From contig NC_006576.1 of NCBI RefSeq assembly GCF_000010065.1, positions 1,590,001 to 1,622,000 of the forward strand: DNA of 32,000 nucleotides. The letters run 5' to 3'. The position numbers and the translations under genes are program-made. The notes under the pieces were generated by a model. The model was given only the letters and a program-made list of their open reading frames with translations. It was not told the DNA's origin and searched no databases. Origin of the DNA: Synechococcus elongatus PCC 6301 (GTDB lineage: Bacteria > Cyanobacteriota > Cyanobacteriia > Synechococcales > Synechococcaceae). Shown here piece by piece: positions 17,472 through 26,371 of this stretch. Numbering within the stretch: position 1 is the stretch's first letter; each line of letters begins with the position of its first letter.

Positions 17472-17816
17472 ATGAACTTACTCAAACTGTTCGCTGGTAT
17501 TGGCTTAGTCATTTACGGCATTTATCAAGTCGGCCAGAAAATCTTCTTTACAACCCGAAGTTCCAGCTTTGATTGGGGTGGTTTTCCCGCCTCAACTTCC
17601 GTCATCATCTTTGTGGCAGGCATTTTGGCGCTGCTGTTCATCCCAGGGAAACTCAGCAACATTGGCTGGGGAATCATGGTGGTCGGAATCATTATGATTT
17701 TCTATAGCACTAGCATTATTGTCTCGCCTGTTAGTTTGGTGGAATTTTTAATTGCGATCGCTGCAATGGTTGGGGGACTCAAGTTGATGTACAGCAGTAG
17801 TCGCTACATCCTGTGA
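17472..17816 (+). CDS. Small hypothetical integral membrane protein (about 4 TM helices)
   Basis: ATG at 17472 (MNLLKLFAGIGLVIYGIY...). 114 aa, strongly hydrophobic, AT-rich codon usage. I recognise no family. Confidence 0.55.
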   Translation: MNLLKLFAGIGLVIYGIYQVGQKIFFTTRSSSFDWGGFPASTSVIIFVAGILALLFIPGKLSNIGWGIMVVGIIMIFYSTSIIVSPVSLVEFLIAIAAMVGGLKLMYSSSRYIL

Positions 17817-17854
17817 TCTCCAGTGTCTTACCAGAGCCACTGCAGGTTGATCAG

Positions 17855-18562
17855 CTATTGATCGGGCAGCATGGCCAGCAATTGGCTCGGGGTGACCGGG
17901 ACTTCAATCACTGCACTTAGGGCTGTCGCGATCGCAGCACAGTTTTCTTGGACTTGCTGCCGCGTGAAATCAGCCTTATTCTCTAAGACCGCTTTCAGCG
18001 CCTGGGCTTGATCGGGTGCCACACTCGGCAGCGCCTGAATGAAGGCTTGGATAACTGTCTCCAATTTTTGCCCAGACTCTTGCGCTTGGTCGGCCAATAA
18101 GGTCCGCAGATAACGTCCAAACCAAGGTACCGGCGCATCAGCTGAGGTACTCGACTCCCGGGCTTGAATGTGAACTTCTAACTGTTCAATCAACTGCCGC
18201 AGAGAGAGCAAGACATCGTGGGGGTCTTGCTCCAGAGGACGCCCTTGTCCATCCGCTGTTGCTTCGCCACTAAGAACGGCATCGAGTTGTTCCAGCGAAA
18301 GATTAGCCAGTCGAGAAATTCGACGCATTAAACTCCAGCGAATATCCCAAGGATCAATCTCACTCCCCTCATATTTATTGATAAGCGTAGCTGAGACCCC
18401 GAGTAATCTTGAGAGCTTTCGTTTCGATAAGCTTTCATGCACCAGAACTTCAGCACGAGCCGGCAAAGCACGACCAACCAAGTTGGCACGAATCTCTTGG
18501 AGCAGACTGGAAAGACGTAAGGCTCTCTGCTGACCCTTGGTATCCAACGCGTTGGCAGACAT
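17855..18562 (-). CDS. XRE-family helix-turn-helix protein (putative transcriptional regulator)
   Basis: Has an HTH_3-like segment (LSKRKLSRLLGVSATLINKYEGSE) and a helical C-terminal half. The ATG at 18562 has AGGA about 9 nt upstream. Confidence 0.65.
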   Translation of the reverse strand: MSANALDTKGQQRALRLSSLLQEIRANLVGRALPARAEVLVHESLSKRKLSRLLGVSATLINKYEGSEIDPWDIRWSLMRRISRLANLSLEQLDAVLSGEATADGQGRPLEQDPHDVLLSLRQLIEQLEVHIQARESSTSADAPVPWFGRYLRTLLADQAQESGQKLETVIQAFIQALPSVAPDQAQALKAVLENKADFTRQQVQENCAAIATALSAVIEVPVTPSQLLAMLPDQ

Positions 18563-18918
18563 GGATCGATTCCTAAATTTAAGTGTCCTTTAATTCCAAT
18601 AGTAGTTAGTGGAAAAGAAGGTACGCATTAAATCATCTATGCGATTAGTTCACTTCTAAATCAGTTTTCCCTAGGGTAGAGAAGTCCATTGCTCGTCCCG
18701 CAAGGCAGCAGTCTTTATATTTCCTTTAGACTTTTACCAAAACTGCTCCTTTGACCACCTCGGGCAAACACTGCTGCCGCGATCGCCTCCTCAGTCGGCA
18801 AGAACTTGCTGCGATCGCTGAGCCTCATTTTTCGGTAAACTAAAAGATCCTTGCTTCAAACTCACTGGGTAAAACCAGCTGAAGGTTTGGAGCCCCATGA
18901 CCATAAGGATTGGTTCTG

Positions 18919-19242
18919 ATGAAGGACTTCTACTACGAGACGACGTACATCCTCCGTGCAGACTTGACGGAGGAACAAGTTGAGCAAGCGATCGCTAAGT
19001 ACCAAACGCCGCTCACCGAAGCAGGTGCAGAGGTGCAAGATACACAGCATCGCGGCAAGCGTCGTCTCGCCTACTTGATTAATAAACAGCGCGAAGGCAT
19101 CTACGTCCAAATCAACTACACCGGCGACGGCTCGCAGATTGCCCCGTTGGAGCGTGCACTGCGGTTAAGTGAAGAGGTTCTGCGGTTCTTGACGGTCAAG
19201 CAAGAAGTCCGTCCGCCCGCACCGGTCGCTGTCGAAGCCTAG
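18919..19242 (+). CDS. rpsF: 30S ribosomal protein S6 (bS6)
   Basis: [16 protein letters not shown]...GKRRLAYLI...EGIYVQINY is the S6 signature. I prefer the ATG at 18919, which has an AAGGAT Shine-Dalgarno at 18905-18910, over the TTG at 18910. Confidence 0.9.
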
Positions 19243-19289
19243 TCAGAGACTGCAATCGCTAGGACATCAAAGTTCTGGATTCGCGTGAG

Positions 19290-19317
19290 AGCCTACTGTT
19301 TTCAGTGGGCTTTTTTG
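19290..19317 (+). terminator. Rho-independent terminator downstream of rpsF
   Basis: Stem AGCCTACTG (19290-19298) pairs with CAGTGGGCT (19303-19311): 9 bp including one G-U pair. The loop is TTTT and a T6 tract follows. Confidence 0.7.
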
Positions 19318-19408
19318 CTGAGCAAGGCCCCTAGGGGAGTCTCGATCGAGGTGCTAGAGTAATCAAAAATTTCAGCAGTCCTCGAACGTTGGAGTGGCGA
19401 TCGCTGCG

Positions 19409-19885
19409 ATGTCTCGCTTCCCCGAACCACCGCCAGAGCAGCTCTATGCAGAACTGCAGCGCCTCCAAGAAGAACTGTTGCTGCGCGATCAACTGATTCA
19501 ACAGTTATCTCACCAGCTCTACACAGAACTTGATCGGCAGGTAGCACCGGCAACTGCTTCAGAGGCTGCTGACGCGATCGCGGTTGAGTCCATTCCGATC
19601 AGCTCCGATCAACCACCAGTGGACTTACAACAGAACTATTTACAGCTCAAAGCCCGCAATCAACCGCTCGAACATCAACTCCTGCAACTACCCCAGGTTT
19701 ATCAACGCAAATTCGAAGAGCGACTGCAGCCCTTGCAAGCCCGTCTGCAGTTCCTTGAAGCAGAAAATCAACGGCTCCAAGCTCAACTAATGGATGAGCT
19801 GCCCCTACTGCCTGAAGCACCCACCCATCAACCCGTCCAGCTGCCGCTGCGCACCTACGTTCCAGACTATTCGGCCCTGCAATAA
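19409..19885 (+). CDS. Hypothetical Gln/Leu-rich coiled-coil protein
   Basis: ATG at 19409 (MSRFPEPPPEQLYAELQRLQEELLLRDQLIQQL...). Heptad-like Q/L/E repeats occur in both halves. I recognise no family. Confidence 0.55.
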   Translation: MSRFPEPPPEQLYAELQRLQEELLLRDQLIQQLSHQLYTELDRQVAPATASEAADAIAVESIPISSDQPPVDLQQNYLQLKARNQPLEHQLLQLPQVYQRKFEERLQPLQARLQFLEAENQRLQAQLMDELPLLPEAPTHQPVQLPLRTYVPDYSALQ

Positions 19886-20004
19886 TCGCTGGCCCCAAGC
19901 GCGATCGGTAGCACTCCTCGACAGCCTTGGGGGAAAAATTCAGACCCTATTGATCCCCGCAATTTTGTTATGTCCGTTACGATCTAGGCCATGCGATCGC
20001 AGAG

Positions 20005-20631
20005 ATGTCCATGCCTTTGGAATTGTTCTCCTTAGAAACGGTCCAAGACCTAGCCCACCGCTTCGGTTATGTGACTGTTTTTCTGGGGATCTTGCTTGAG
20101 AATGCAGGCATTCCGCTTCCAGGTGAAACGATCACCGTCGTTGGGGGCTTTTTGGCGGGCAGTGGGGAACTGAACCTCTCTGGGGTTTTAGCCTGCGCGA
20201 TCGGGGGCGCCATCCTCGGAGATAGCTTTGGCTACTGGCTAGGCCGCTGGGGTGGCTGGCCGCTTCTGCATCGCATGGGACAGTGGTTTCGATTTAGCGA
20301 AGTGCAGCTGATCTCAGTCCGCGATCGCTTCAGTCGCAATGCCCCCCAAGCCGTTTTTCTCGGTCGCTTCATTGCCATCCTGCGCATCTTTGCAGGTCCC
20401 CTCGCAGGCATTGCGGGCATGCCCTACCGGCGGTTTCTCTTCTACAACGCTATGGGTGCGGTGCTCTGGGGTAGCACGACTGTTTGTCTGGCCTACTTTT
20501 TGGGCCAAGTGGTGCCGCTGGAGCAAATCATGGGCTGGCTGGCCCAGCTAGGACTGTTTGCTCTCGGAGCGGTTGCCCTCGTGGTGGTGGGACAGGTGTG
20601 GTTGCACCGTCGCCAAGACCCATCGCTTTAG
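20005..20631 (+). CDS. DedA family (SNARE-associated/VTT domain) membrane protein
   Basis: Shows the DedA pattern: FGYVTVFLGILLENAGIPLPGETI, GDSFGYWLGRWGG and FLGRFIAILRIFAGPLAG. Confidence 0.85.
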   Translation: MSMPLELFSLETVQDLAHRFGYVTVFLGILLENAGIPLPGETITVVGGFLAGSGELNLSGVLACAIGGAILGDSFGYWLGRWGGWPLLHRMGQWFRFSEVQLISVRDRFSRNAPQAVFLGRFIAILRIFAGPLAGIAGMPYRRFLFYNAMGAVLWGSTTVCLAYFLGQVVPLEQIMGWLAQLGLFALGAVALVVVGQVWLHRRQDPSL

Positions 20632-20654
20632 AGCCGACTCGCCTAATCATCTTT

Positions 20655-20689
20655 AAAACGTAAAAGGCAAGGGCGATCACTCCTTGCCT
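20655..20689 (-). terminator. Probable rho-independent terminator downstream of argG (hairpin shared with the convergent dedA gene)
   Basis: Perfect 8-bp stem: AGGCAAGG (20665-20672) pairs with CCTTGCCT (20682-20689), with a 9-nt loop. On the minus strand it is followed by TTTTACGTTTT (revcomp of 20654-20664). Confidence 0.55.
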
Positions 20690-20716
20690 CCTAGGAATTT
20701 CTTGCCTGATGTAGAT

Positions 20717-21919
20717 TTAGGCGCGGTGAGTTTGCGACCAAATACGAGTTGGCATACCCCAGACGTAGATAAAGCCTTCGGCAGCTTTGTGATCGAATCG
20801 ATCCTCAGCGCCGTAGGTAGCCATGTCAGGGCTGTAGAGCGACTGCTCAGAGCTGCGGCCGACGACAGTGGCGTTGCCTTTGAATAGTCGCAGACGGACA
20901 GTACCCGTCACCCGCTGTTGAGTTTGCTGAATGAAGGCATCCAACGCTGCTTTGAGCGGGCTGTACCAGAGGCCGTTGTAGACCAAGTTAGACCAGCTAT
21001 TTTCAATGCCACGTTTGTACTGGCTGACGTCTGCAGTCAGGACAAGACTTTCCAGATCCTGGTGGGCCTGAATCAGCACCAGCAGAGCCGGAGTTTCATA
21101 GATTTCTCGGGACTTGATCCCAACCAAGCGGTTTTCGATCATGTCGATGCGGCCGATGCCATGTTCGCCGGCGATCGCATTCAGTTGTTGGATCAGCGCA
21201 ACTGGTGCCAATGCCTGACCATTGAGCGTCACCGGCAGCCCCTGATCGAAGCCCAGCTCGATGTAGGCCGGTTCATCGGGGGTGTTGGCGATCGCTTTCG
21301 TGAGGGCGTAGACCTCTTCTAGCGGCTCATGCAGCGGATCTTCCAGCGGACCCGCTTCGATGCTGCGACCTAAGAGGTTGCGATCGATGCTGTAGGGCGA
21401 AGATTTTTTGACAGGAGCCGGAATACCAAAGCGCTCACCGTAGGCGATCGTTTCCTCGCGGCTCATGCCCCATTCCCGTGCTGGTGCCAACACTTTCAGA
21501 TCTGGATTGAGTGCAGCGATCGAGACATCAAAGCGAACTTGGTCATTGCCTTTGCCTGTGCAACCGTGGGCAACGGCGTCAGCGCCATATTTGGCTGCTG
21601 CTTCAACCAAGAGCTTGGCGATCAGCGGTCGCGCCAAAGCCGTCGAGAGCGGATAGCGGCCTTCGTAGAGGGAGTTGGCTTGAATGGCTGGAAAAGCATA
21701 GTCACGGACAAACTCAGCAGTCGCATCAATGACCAGCGATTCCACTGCGCCCGAGTCGAGTGCTTTTTGGCGGATCGGCCCGAGTTCATCGCCTTGGCCA
21801 AGGTCAGCGGCCAGCGTAATCACCTCTTCAACGCCCCACTCTTGCTTGAGGTAGGGAATACAGACCGAGGTATCGACGCCTCCTGAATAGGCCAGAACCA
21901 CCCGCTTGGCGCGACCCAT
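20717..21919 (-). CDS. argG: Argininosuccinate synthase
   Basis: N-terminus [13 protein letters not shown] (ATP pyrophosphatase P-loop) plus [13 protein letters not shown] and [10 protein letters not shown]. 400 aa. Confidence 0.95.
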   Translation of the reverse strand: MGRAKRVVLAYSGGVDTSVCIPYLKQEWGVEEVITLAADLGQGDELGPIRQKALDSGAVESLVIDATAEFVRDYAFPAIQANSLYEGRYPLSTALARPLIAKLLVEAAAKYGADAVAHGCTGKGNDQVRFDVSIAALNPDLKVLAPAREWGMSREETIAYGERFGIPAPVKKSSPYSIDRNLLGRSIEAGPLEDPLHEPLEEVYALTKAIANTPDEPAYIELGFDQGLPVTLNGQALAPVALIQQLNAIAGEHGIGRIDMIENRLVGIKSREIYETPALLVLIQAHQDLESLVLTADVSQYKRGIENSWSNLVYNGLWYSPLKAALDAFIQQTQQRVTGTVRLRLFKGNATVVGRSSEQSLYSPDMATYGAEDRFDHKAAEGFIYVWGMPTRIWSQTHRA

Positions 21920-21936
21920 GACAATCCACTCCGCTG

Positions 21937-22347
21937 TTGAAACAGCCTTTTATTATCGCAGTTTGCCTGCGGTCTCAGAAGAAGGTCGCTATCATTGCAG
22001 GGAGCATTTTTGAGCCTTCGGCTGTGCTGACTTGGGCGATCGCAATCGCAAACGGAATTCTGGCGCTGGTGCTGTTGTGGGCAGCTGGCAAGGTCTGGCG
22101 CTTGCGCGGCTATCTGCGCCAGTGGCGGCGAGAGCTACGGCAGGTCAACCGACAGGTCAGTACGGTGCTGGCTGCAGCTCCGGCTGATTTACAGCAGGCG
22201 GCTGATCAGGTGAGCCAAAGTCGTTGGCAGTATCTACGGCTGCGGCAACTGTGGCAGCAGTGGCAACTGTTGCTGAAATTTCTGGGACTCTTGCAGCCGT
22301 GGGTTCCTCTGTTCACCCCACCGAAAAAGTCTCGGGCAGCCCAATGA
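21937..22347 (+). CDS. Hypothetical protein: one TM helix plus an Arg/Gln/Trp-rich amphipathic helix
   Basis: The ORF ends in an ATGA overlap with the next gene (22344-22347), which argues that it is translated. The start is uncertain. The TTG at 21937 lies only 17 nt from the divergent argG start, and an in-frame GTG at 22024 sits just before the TM helix. Confidence 0.5.
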   Translation: MKQPFIIAVCLRSQKKVAIIAGSIFEPSAVLTWAIAIANGILALVLLWAAGKVWRLRGYLRQWRRELRQVNRQVSTVLAAAPADLQQAADQVSQSRWQYLRLRQLWQQWQLLLKFLGLLQPWVPLFTPPKKSRAAQ

Positions 22348-22694
22348 CCTCTTCGCGCGACAAGTTTTGGAGTGGTGTGTTGCTGGGGGCAACCGCTGGG
22401 GCGATCGCAGCGCTCTTGACGGCTCCTCGGCGCGGCAAAGAGACTCGCGTTGTTCTTCAGCAATCCTTGGAGCATCTGCCCGAGGTCACTGCTGAAGTTA
22501 CGGAAAAGGTGCAGGAACAAGCGGAACGGCTAGGAGTCGTAGTGGGCGATCGCTGGGGCACGGTGCGTGGGCGTCTGAAACAGGCTTGGCGATCGGGTGT
22601 GGCGGCAGCCAAACAGGAATGCCAAACGACGACGATCGCGGCGGAATCCGTCAGTGAGCATGAGTCCTCTAGCCCCGATCAGTCGGCCTCATGA
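22344..22694 (+). CDS. YtxH-like protein
   Basis: ATG at 22344. It carries the characteristic YtxH N-terminus FWSGVLLGATAGAIAALLTAPRRGKETR followed by a helical region. ATGA overlaps occur at both ends. Confidence 0.75.
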   Translation: MTSSRDKFWSGVLLGATAGAIAALLTAPRRGKETRVVLQQSLEHLPEVTAEVTEKVQEQAERLGVVVGDRWGTVRGRLKQAWRSGVAAAKQECQTTTIAAESVSEHESSSPDQSAS

Positions 22695-23104
22695 CGCCCA
22701 TTTTCTGGCTGGGGATTTCCTTTTTATTAGTTGCTTCCAGCTTGTCAGTACTGCTCTGGGTGGCCGTTCCAGCCGTGCAAGAACTGGCTCGAACGGCTCG
22801 GAGTGCGCAGCGCCTGTTGGATATGCTCTCCCGTGAACTGCCACCAACGCTAGAAGCCATGCGGCTGACTGGCCTAGAAGTGAGTGAGCTAACGGATGAG
22901 ATGAGTGAAAGCATCCGCAGTGCGGGTTCTGTGGTCAAGCAACTGGATGCAGGACTACAGGGCGTGCGGGAGCAAGCCACGAATGCTCAGCGCACGACTC
23001 GCAGTTTGACGGCAGGAGTCAAAGCCGCCTGGCGATCGCTCCACGCCGCGCAGCCCTCTACCAACAATCGCTCCAGTTCTGTACCAGATTCAAAAGATCG
23101 TTAG
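22691..23104 (+). CDS. DUF948-like (YtxG-like) membrane-anchored coiled-coil protein
   Basis: N-terminal TM helix (IFWLGISFLLVASSLSVLLWVAV) followed by long helices (PAVQELARTARSAQRLLDMLSRELPPTLEAMRLTGLEVSELTDEM). The ATG overlaps the preceding stop as ATGA at 22691-22694. Confidence 0.65.
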   Translation: MTPIFWLGISFLLVASSLSVLLWVAVPAVQELARTARSAQRLLDMLSRELPPTLEAMRLTGLEVSELTDEMSESIRSAGSVVKQLDAGLQGVREQATNAQRTTRSLTAGVKAAWRSLHAAQPSTNNRSSSVPDSKDR

Positions 23105-23176
23105 CGCAGACGCTGCAGTTCTCAGCACTTGCCAGCAGAATGAGCGGCAGCGTTTGTCGTTGCGCTCTCAATCCTG

Positions 23177-24772
23177 ATGCTCAATCGCGATCGCCCTCGC
23201 TGGTTTGTCGGGCAAGACTTGGATGGATTCCTCGGTCTGGCCCTCGATAACCTGATTCAAATTCTGCTGATCCTTGGGCTCTGCCAAGGCTTACTGGGCT
23301 ATCCACCCAGCTTGGTCTATGAACGGATTTTGCCTGCGATCGCCCTCAGCTTGATTGTCGGCAACGTGTACTACAGCTGGCTAGCCTACCGCTTGGATGA
23401 GCAGGAGGGCACGAGCGATCGCACGGCGATTCCCTACGGCATCAACACCGTCAGCCTGTTTGCTTACGTCTTCTTGGTGATGCTGCCCGTCAAACTCGCA
23501 GCTCTCAGTCAAGGGTTATCGGAAGAAGCCGCGATCGAAGCCTCATGGGCGGCAGGGCTGGTAGCTTGCCTAGGCTCAGGCTTGATCGAACTGTTTGGCG
23601 CATGGGTCAGCGATCCCCTACGGCGTTGGCTGCCGCGAGCCGCGCTGCTTTCGACCTTGGCCGGAATTGCGATCACCTTCATCGCCTTAGGCTTCCTGTT
23701 CCGAACCTACGCCCATCCGATCGTCGGATTGGTGCCCTTTGGCGTGATTTTGCTGACCTACTTCGGTCGGATGAAATTTCCGATTCCCGGCGGTCTGCTC
23801 GCGGTTCTCTTGGGCACTGCTTTGGCCTGGATCACTGGTCTTTCCCGCTGGGACAGCACTAACTTTGAGCTGGCACTGCAACCAATTGGCTGGCATGGCC
23901 CTAACTTTTACCTTGCCGCTATCTGGGAATCGCGATCGATTTTGCTCTCGCAGCTGAGCGTGATTCTGCCAATGGGACTCTTTAATCTCGTCGGCAGTCT
24001 ACAAAACCTCGAAAGTGCAGAAGCAGCGGGCGATCGCTATCCGACGAAACCCTGTCTCGCGGCCAACGGCATTGGGACGTTAGTGGCAGCATTCTGCGGC
24101 TCCTGTTTCCCGACCACAATCTATATCGGCCACCCCGGCTGGAAGGCTCTAGGAGCCAAGGTGGGCTATTCCTGGCTGAATGGATTGGTGATGGGCGCGA
24201 TTTGTTTGACTGGCACCATCGGCCTGCTTTCCTACTTCATTCCGATCGATGCGGGCATGGCGATCGTGCTCTGGATTGGCATCGTGATCAGCGCCCAAAG
24301 TTTTCAAACAACACCAATCGCCCATGCACCCGCCGTGGTCGTTGGCCTCATGCCGGGCATTGCCGCTTGGGGTGCCCAGACGATTAAAACCAGTCTGCGC
24401 ATCGCTGGTTTGGGAACGACTGAAAGACCCTTTAGCGCTGCGTTGATCGAACCGTTTCAGCGCCAAGACCTCTACTTGTCAGGAGTTTTGGCTTTAGAGC
24501 AAGGGCAAATTTTTTCGGCCATGTTGTTGGCAGCGATGACGGTCTACATCATCGATCGCCAGTTCGGTTGGGCGGCCCTCTGTAGTCTGATTGCAGCAGT
24601 ACTCAGTTGGATCGGCCTGATCCACAGTTACGAATGGATTACCTCAGACACGGTGATTCAGCTAGGTTGGGGAGCCGGTAGTGAATGGGCGATCGGTTAT
24701 GCGCTGCTCAGTCTTTTGCTGTTTTACGCCGCTTGGCAACATCCGCGATCGCAGCCTGCACTCAAGGAGTAG
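23177..24772 (+). CDS. Polytopic permease, distantly NCS2/AzgA-like (putative nucleobase transporter)
   Basis: 531 aa with at least 12 hydrophobic segments. The region [10 protein letters not shown]...[36 protein letters not shown] resembles the conserved NCS2/AzgA core. Coding status is confident. Substrate and family are tentative. Confidence 0.6.
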   Translation: MLNRDRPRWFVGQDLDGFLGLALDNLIQILLILGLCQGLLGYPPSLVYERILPAIALSLIVGNVYYSWLAYRLDEQEGTSDRTAIPYGINTVSLFAYVFLVMLPVKLAALSQGLSEEAAIEASWAAGLVACLGSGLIELFGAWVSDPLRRWLPRAALLSTLAGIAITFIALGFLFRTYAHPIVGLVPFGVILLTYFGRMKFPIPGGLLAVLLGTALAWITGLSRWDSTNFELALQPIGWHGPNFYLAAIWESRSILLSQLSVILPMGLFNLVGSLQNLESAEAAGDRYPTKPCLAANGIGTLVAAFCGSCFPTTIYIGHPGWKALGAKVGYSWLNGLVMGAICLTGTIGLLSYFIPIDAGMAIVLWIGIVISAQSFQTTPIAHAPAVVVGLMPGIAAWGAQTIKTSLRIAGLGTTERPFSAALIEPFQRQDLYLSGVLALEQGQIFSAMLLAAMTVYIIDRQFGWAALCSLIAAVLSWIGLIHSYEWITSDTVIQLGWGAGSEWAIGYALLSLLLFYAAWQHPRSQPALKE

Positions 24773-24805
24773 AGCTGCGATCGCCTGTGGATATCTGTAA
24801 TCGAC

Positions 24806-26287
24806 TTAGGCCGTTACAGTTTCGAGCATCAGCTTCGATCGCTTGATCTCCTCGGGAATTGCGATCGGGTAGCGACCGTTAAAGCAAGCCGTGCAGAAGT
24901 TACCAATACTTTCTCGGGTCGCCTCCAGCATTCCCTGCTCCGTCAGGTAAGCCAGAGAATCGACACCAATCTGCTCAGTGATTTCACTGACCGATCGCGT
25001 GGCAGCAATCAGCTGATCTTGGGTGTCGGTATCAATGCCGTAGAAGCAGGGATGCGTCACAGGCGGTGAAGAAATCCGCATATGCACTTCCGTTGCACCC
25101 GCATCCCGCAGAGCTTTGACCAGTTTGCGGCTGGTTGTTCCCCGCACGATCGAATCGTCAATGATGGCAATGCGTTTGCCCGCTAAGACATCCTTGAGAG
25201 GGTTGAGCTTCATGCGAATGCCCGTTTCCCGCATCGATTGGGTGGGCTGGATGAACGTCCGCCCCACGTAGCGGTTTTTGATTAACCCTTCGGCGTAGGG
25301 AATGCCCAGCGCTTCAGAAAAACCAATCGCAGCCGGAATACCGGAGTCAGGCACACCCAGCACGAGGTCAACATCCGCCGGAGCTTCCTTGGCTAAGCGT
25401 TGGCCGATGCGGCGGCGATAGCTGTAAAGCGACTCGCCGTGAAAGAGGCTATCAGGCCGCGCAAAGTAAATCATCTCGAAGACGCAGAGCTTCGGCTGCG
25501 GCGCCTCGGCCCAAGTCCAGCTTTCCAGACCTGCATCTGTAATCCGCACCATTTCACCCGGTGCGATATCGCGCACGTAGTCCGCACCAATGATGTCGAG
25601 ACCGCAGGTTTCAGAAGAAAGCACATAGCGCGTTTGGCCATTGCTCTCCAGCGTGCCCAGCACAAGCGGCCTAATGCCATTGGGGTCACGGGTGCCGTAG
25701 AGTGCCTCAGGAGTGCCGATCGTCAGGCTAAAGGCTCCTTGGCTGCGGCGGCAGGCAGACTCGATCGCCCCGCGCCAGTCCTGGCCTTCTGCCACTGCTT
25801 CCATGATCGCGAAGGCAATCAGTTCTGAATCGGTGGTGGTCGTCAGCTCGTGGTTCTTAGCTAGCAGCTCTTGGCGCAACTCAACCGTGTTGACCAAGTT
25901 GCCGTTGTGCGCCAAGGCCACCGGCCCAAGGCGGGTTTCCAGCAACGCCGGTTGAGCGTTGGCAATACGGCTTGATCCCGTGGTGGAGTAGCGGGTATGA
26001 CCGACCGCAAGGCTGCCTTGCAGTTGCTGCAGGATTTCGGGATCAAAGACTTGGGAGACCAAGCCCATGTCCTTGTGGAGCATGACGCGATCGCCTTCAA
26101 AGACGGCGATGCCAGCAGACTCTTGTCCACGATGCTGGAGCGCGTACAGCCCGAAATAGGCCATGCGCGCCACTTCTTCGCCCGGTGCGTAGAGGGCAAA
26201 AACCCCACAGGCTTCTTCGGGGCGGTCAGGTCGCTCCAGGCCCAAATCGCAATCCAGGTCGGCGGTCAGCGGCTGAGTCGGGATCAT
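24806..26287 (-). CDS. purF: Amidophosphoribosyltransferase (glutamine PRPP amidotransferase), 4Fe-4S type with an N-terminal propeptide
   Basis: The catalytic Ntn cysteine sits in the context EACGVFALY. Other motifs: HTRYSTTG, the PRPP loop IIDDSIVRGTT, and cluster cysteines (HPCFYGID, CTACFNGRYP). Confidence 0.95.
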   Translation of the reverse strand: MIPTQPLTADLDCDLGLERPDRPEEACGVFALYAPGEEVARMAYFGLYALQHRGQESAGIAVFEGDRVMLHKDMGLVSQVFDPEILQQLQGSLAVGHTRYSTTGSSRIANAQPALLETRLGPVALAHNGNLVNTVELRQELLAKNHELTTTTDSELIAFAIMEAVAEGQDWRGAIESACRRSQGAFSLTIGTPEALYGTRDPNGIRPLVLGTLESNGQTRYVLSSETCGLDIIGADYVRDIAPGEMVRITDAGLESWTWAEAPQPKLCVFEMIYFARPDSLFHGESLYSYRRRIGQRLAKEAPADVDLVLGVPDSGIPAAIGFSEALGIPYAEGLIKNRYVGRTFIQPTQSMRETGIRMKLNPLKDVLAGKRIAIIDDSIVRGTTSRKLVKALRDAGATEVHMRISSPPVTHPCFYGIDTDTQDQLIAATRSVSEITEQIGVDSLAYLTEQGMLEATRESIGNFCTACFNGRYPIAIPEEIKRSKLMLETVTA

Positions 26288-26371
26288 GCCCTTGCAGAGC
26301 TCCTGATTGGCAAAAAGATGGCCAGCGTTGTAGCGGCTAATGCAAATTTAACAATGACTTAACCCTAGCGG

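Noticed and set aside
18563-18918. 356-bp AT-rich region upstream of rpsF and the XRE gene, examined for small ORFs. One example is a 37-aa minus-strand ORF starting at 18829.
   Set aside because: The candidate peptides have no Shine-Dalgarno sequence, no recognisable motif and poor composition. The region is better explained as two divergent promoters and leaders.
19893-19932. Hairpin CCCCAAG ... CTTGGGG downstream of the coiled-coil gene. Its loop contains CACTCCTCGACAG, which is vaguely reminiscent of the Yfr1 sRNA motif ACUCCUCACAC.
   Set aside because: The motif match is imperfect. The loop is 26 nt and contains a HIP1-like CGCGATCGG. No U-tract follows on either strand. This is insufficient to call an sRNA or a terminator.
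24786-24794. A single near-consensus DnaA box, TGTGGATAT, between the permease and purF 3' ends.
   Set aside because: An isolated 8/9 match in a convergent terminator region is expected by chance, with no partner boxes nearby.
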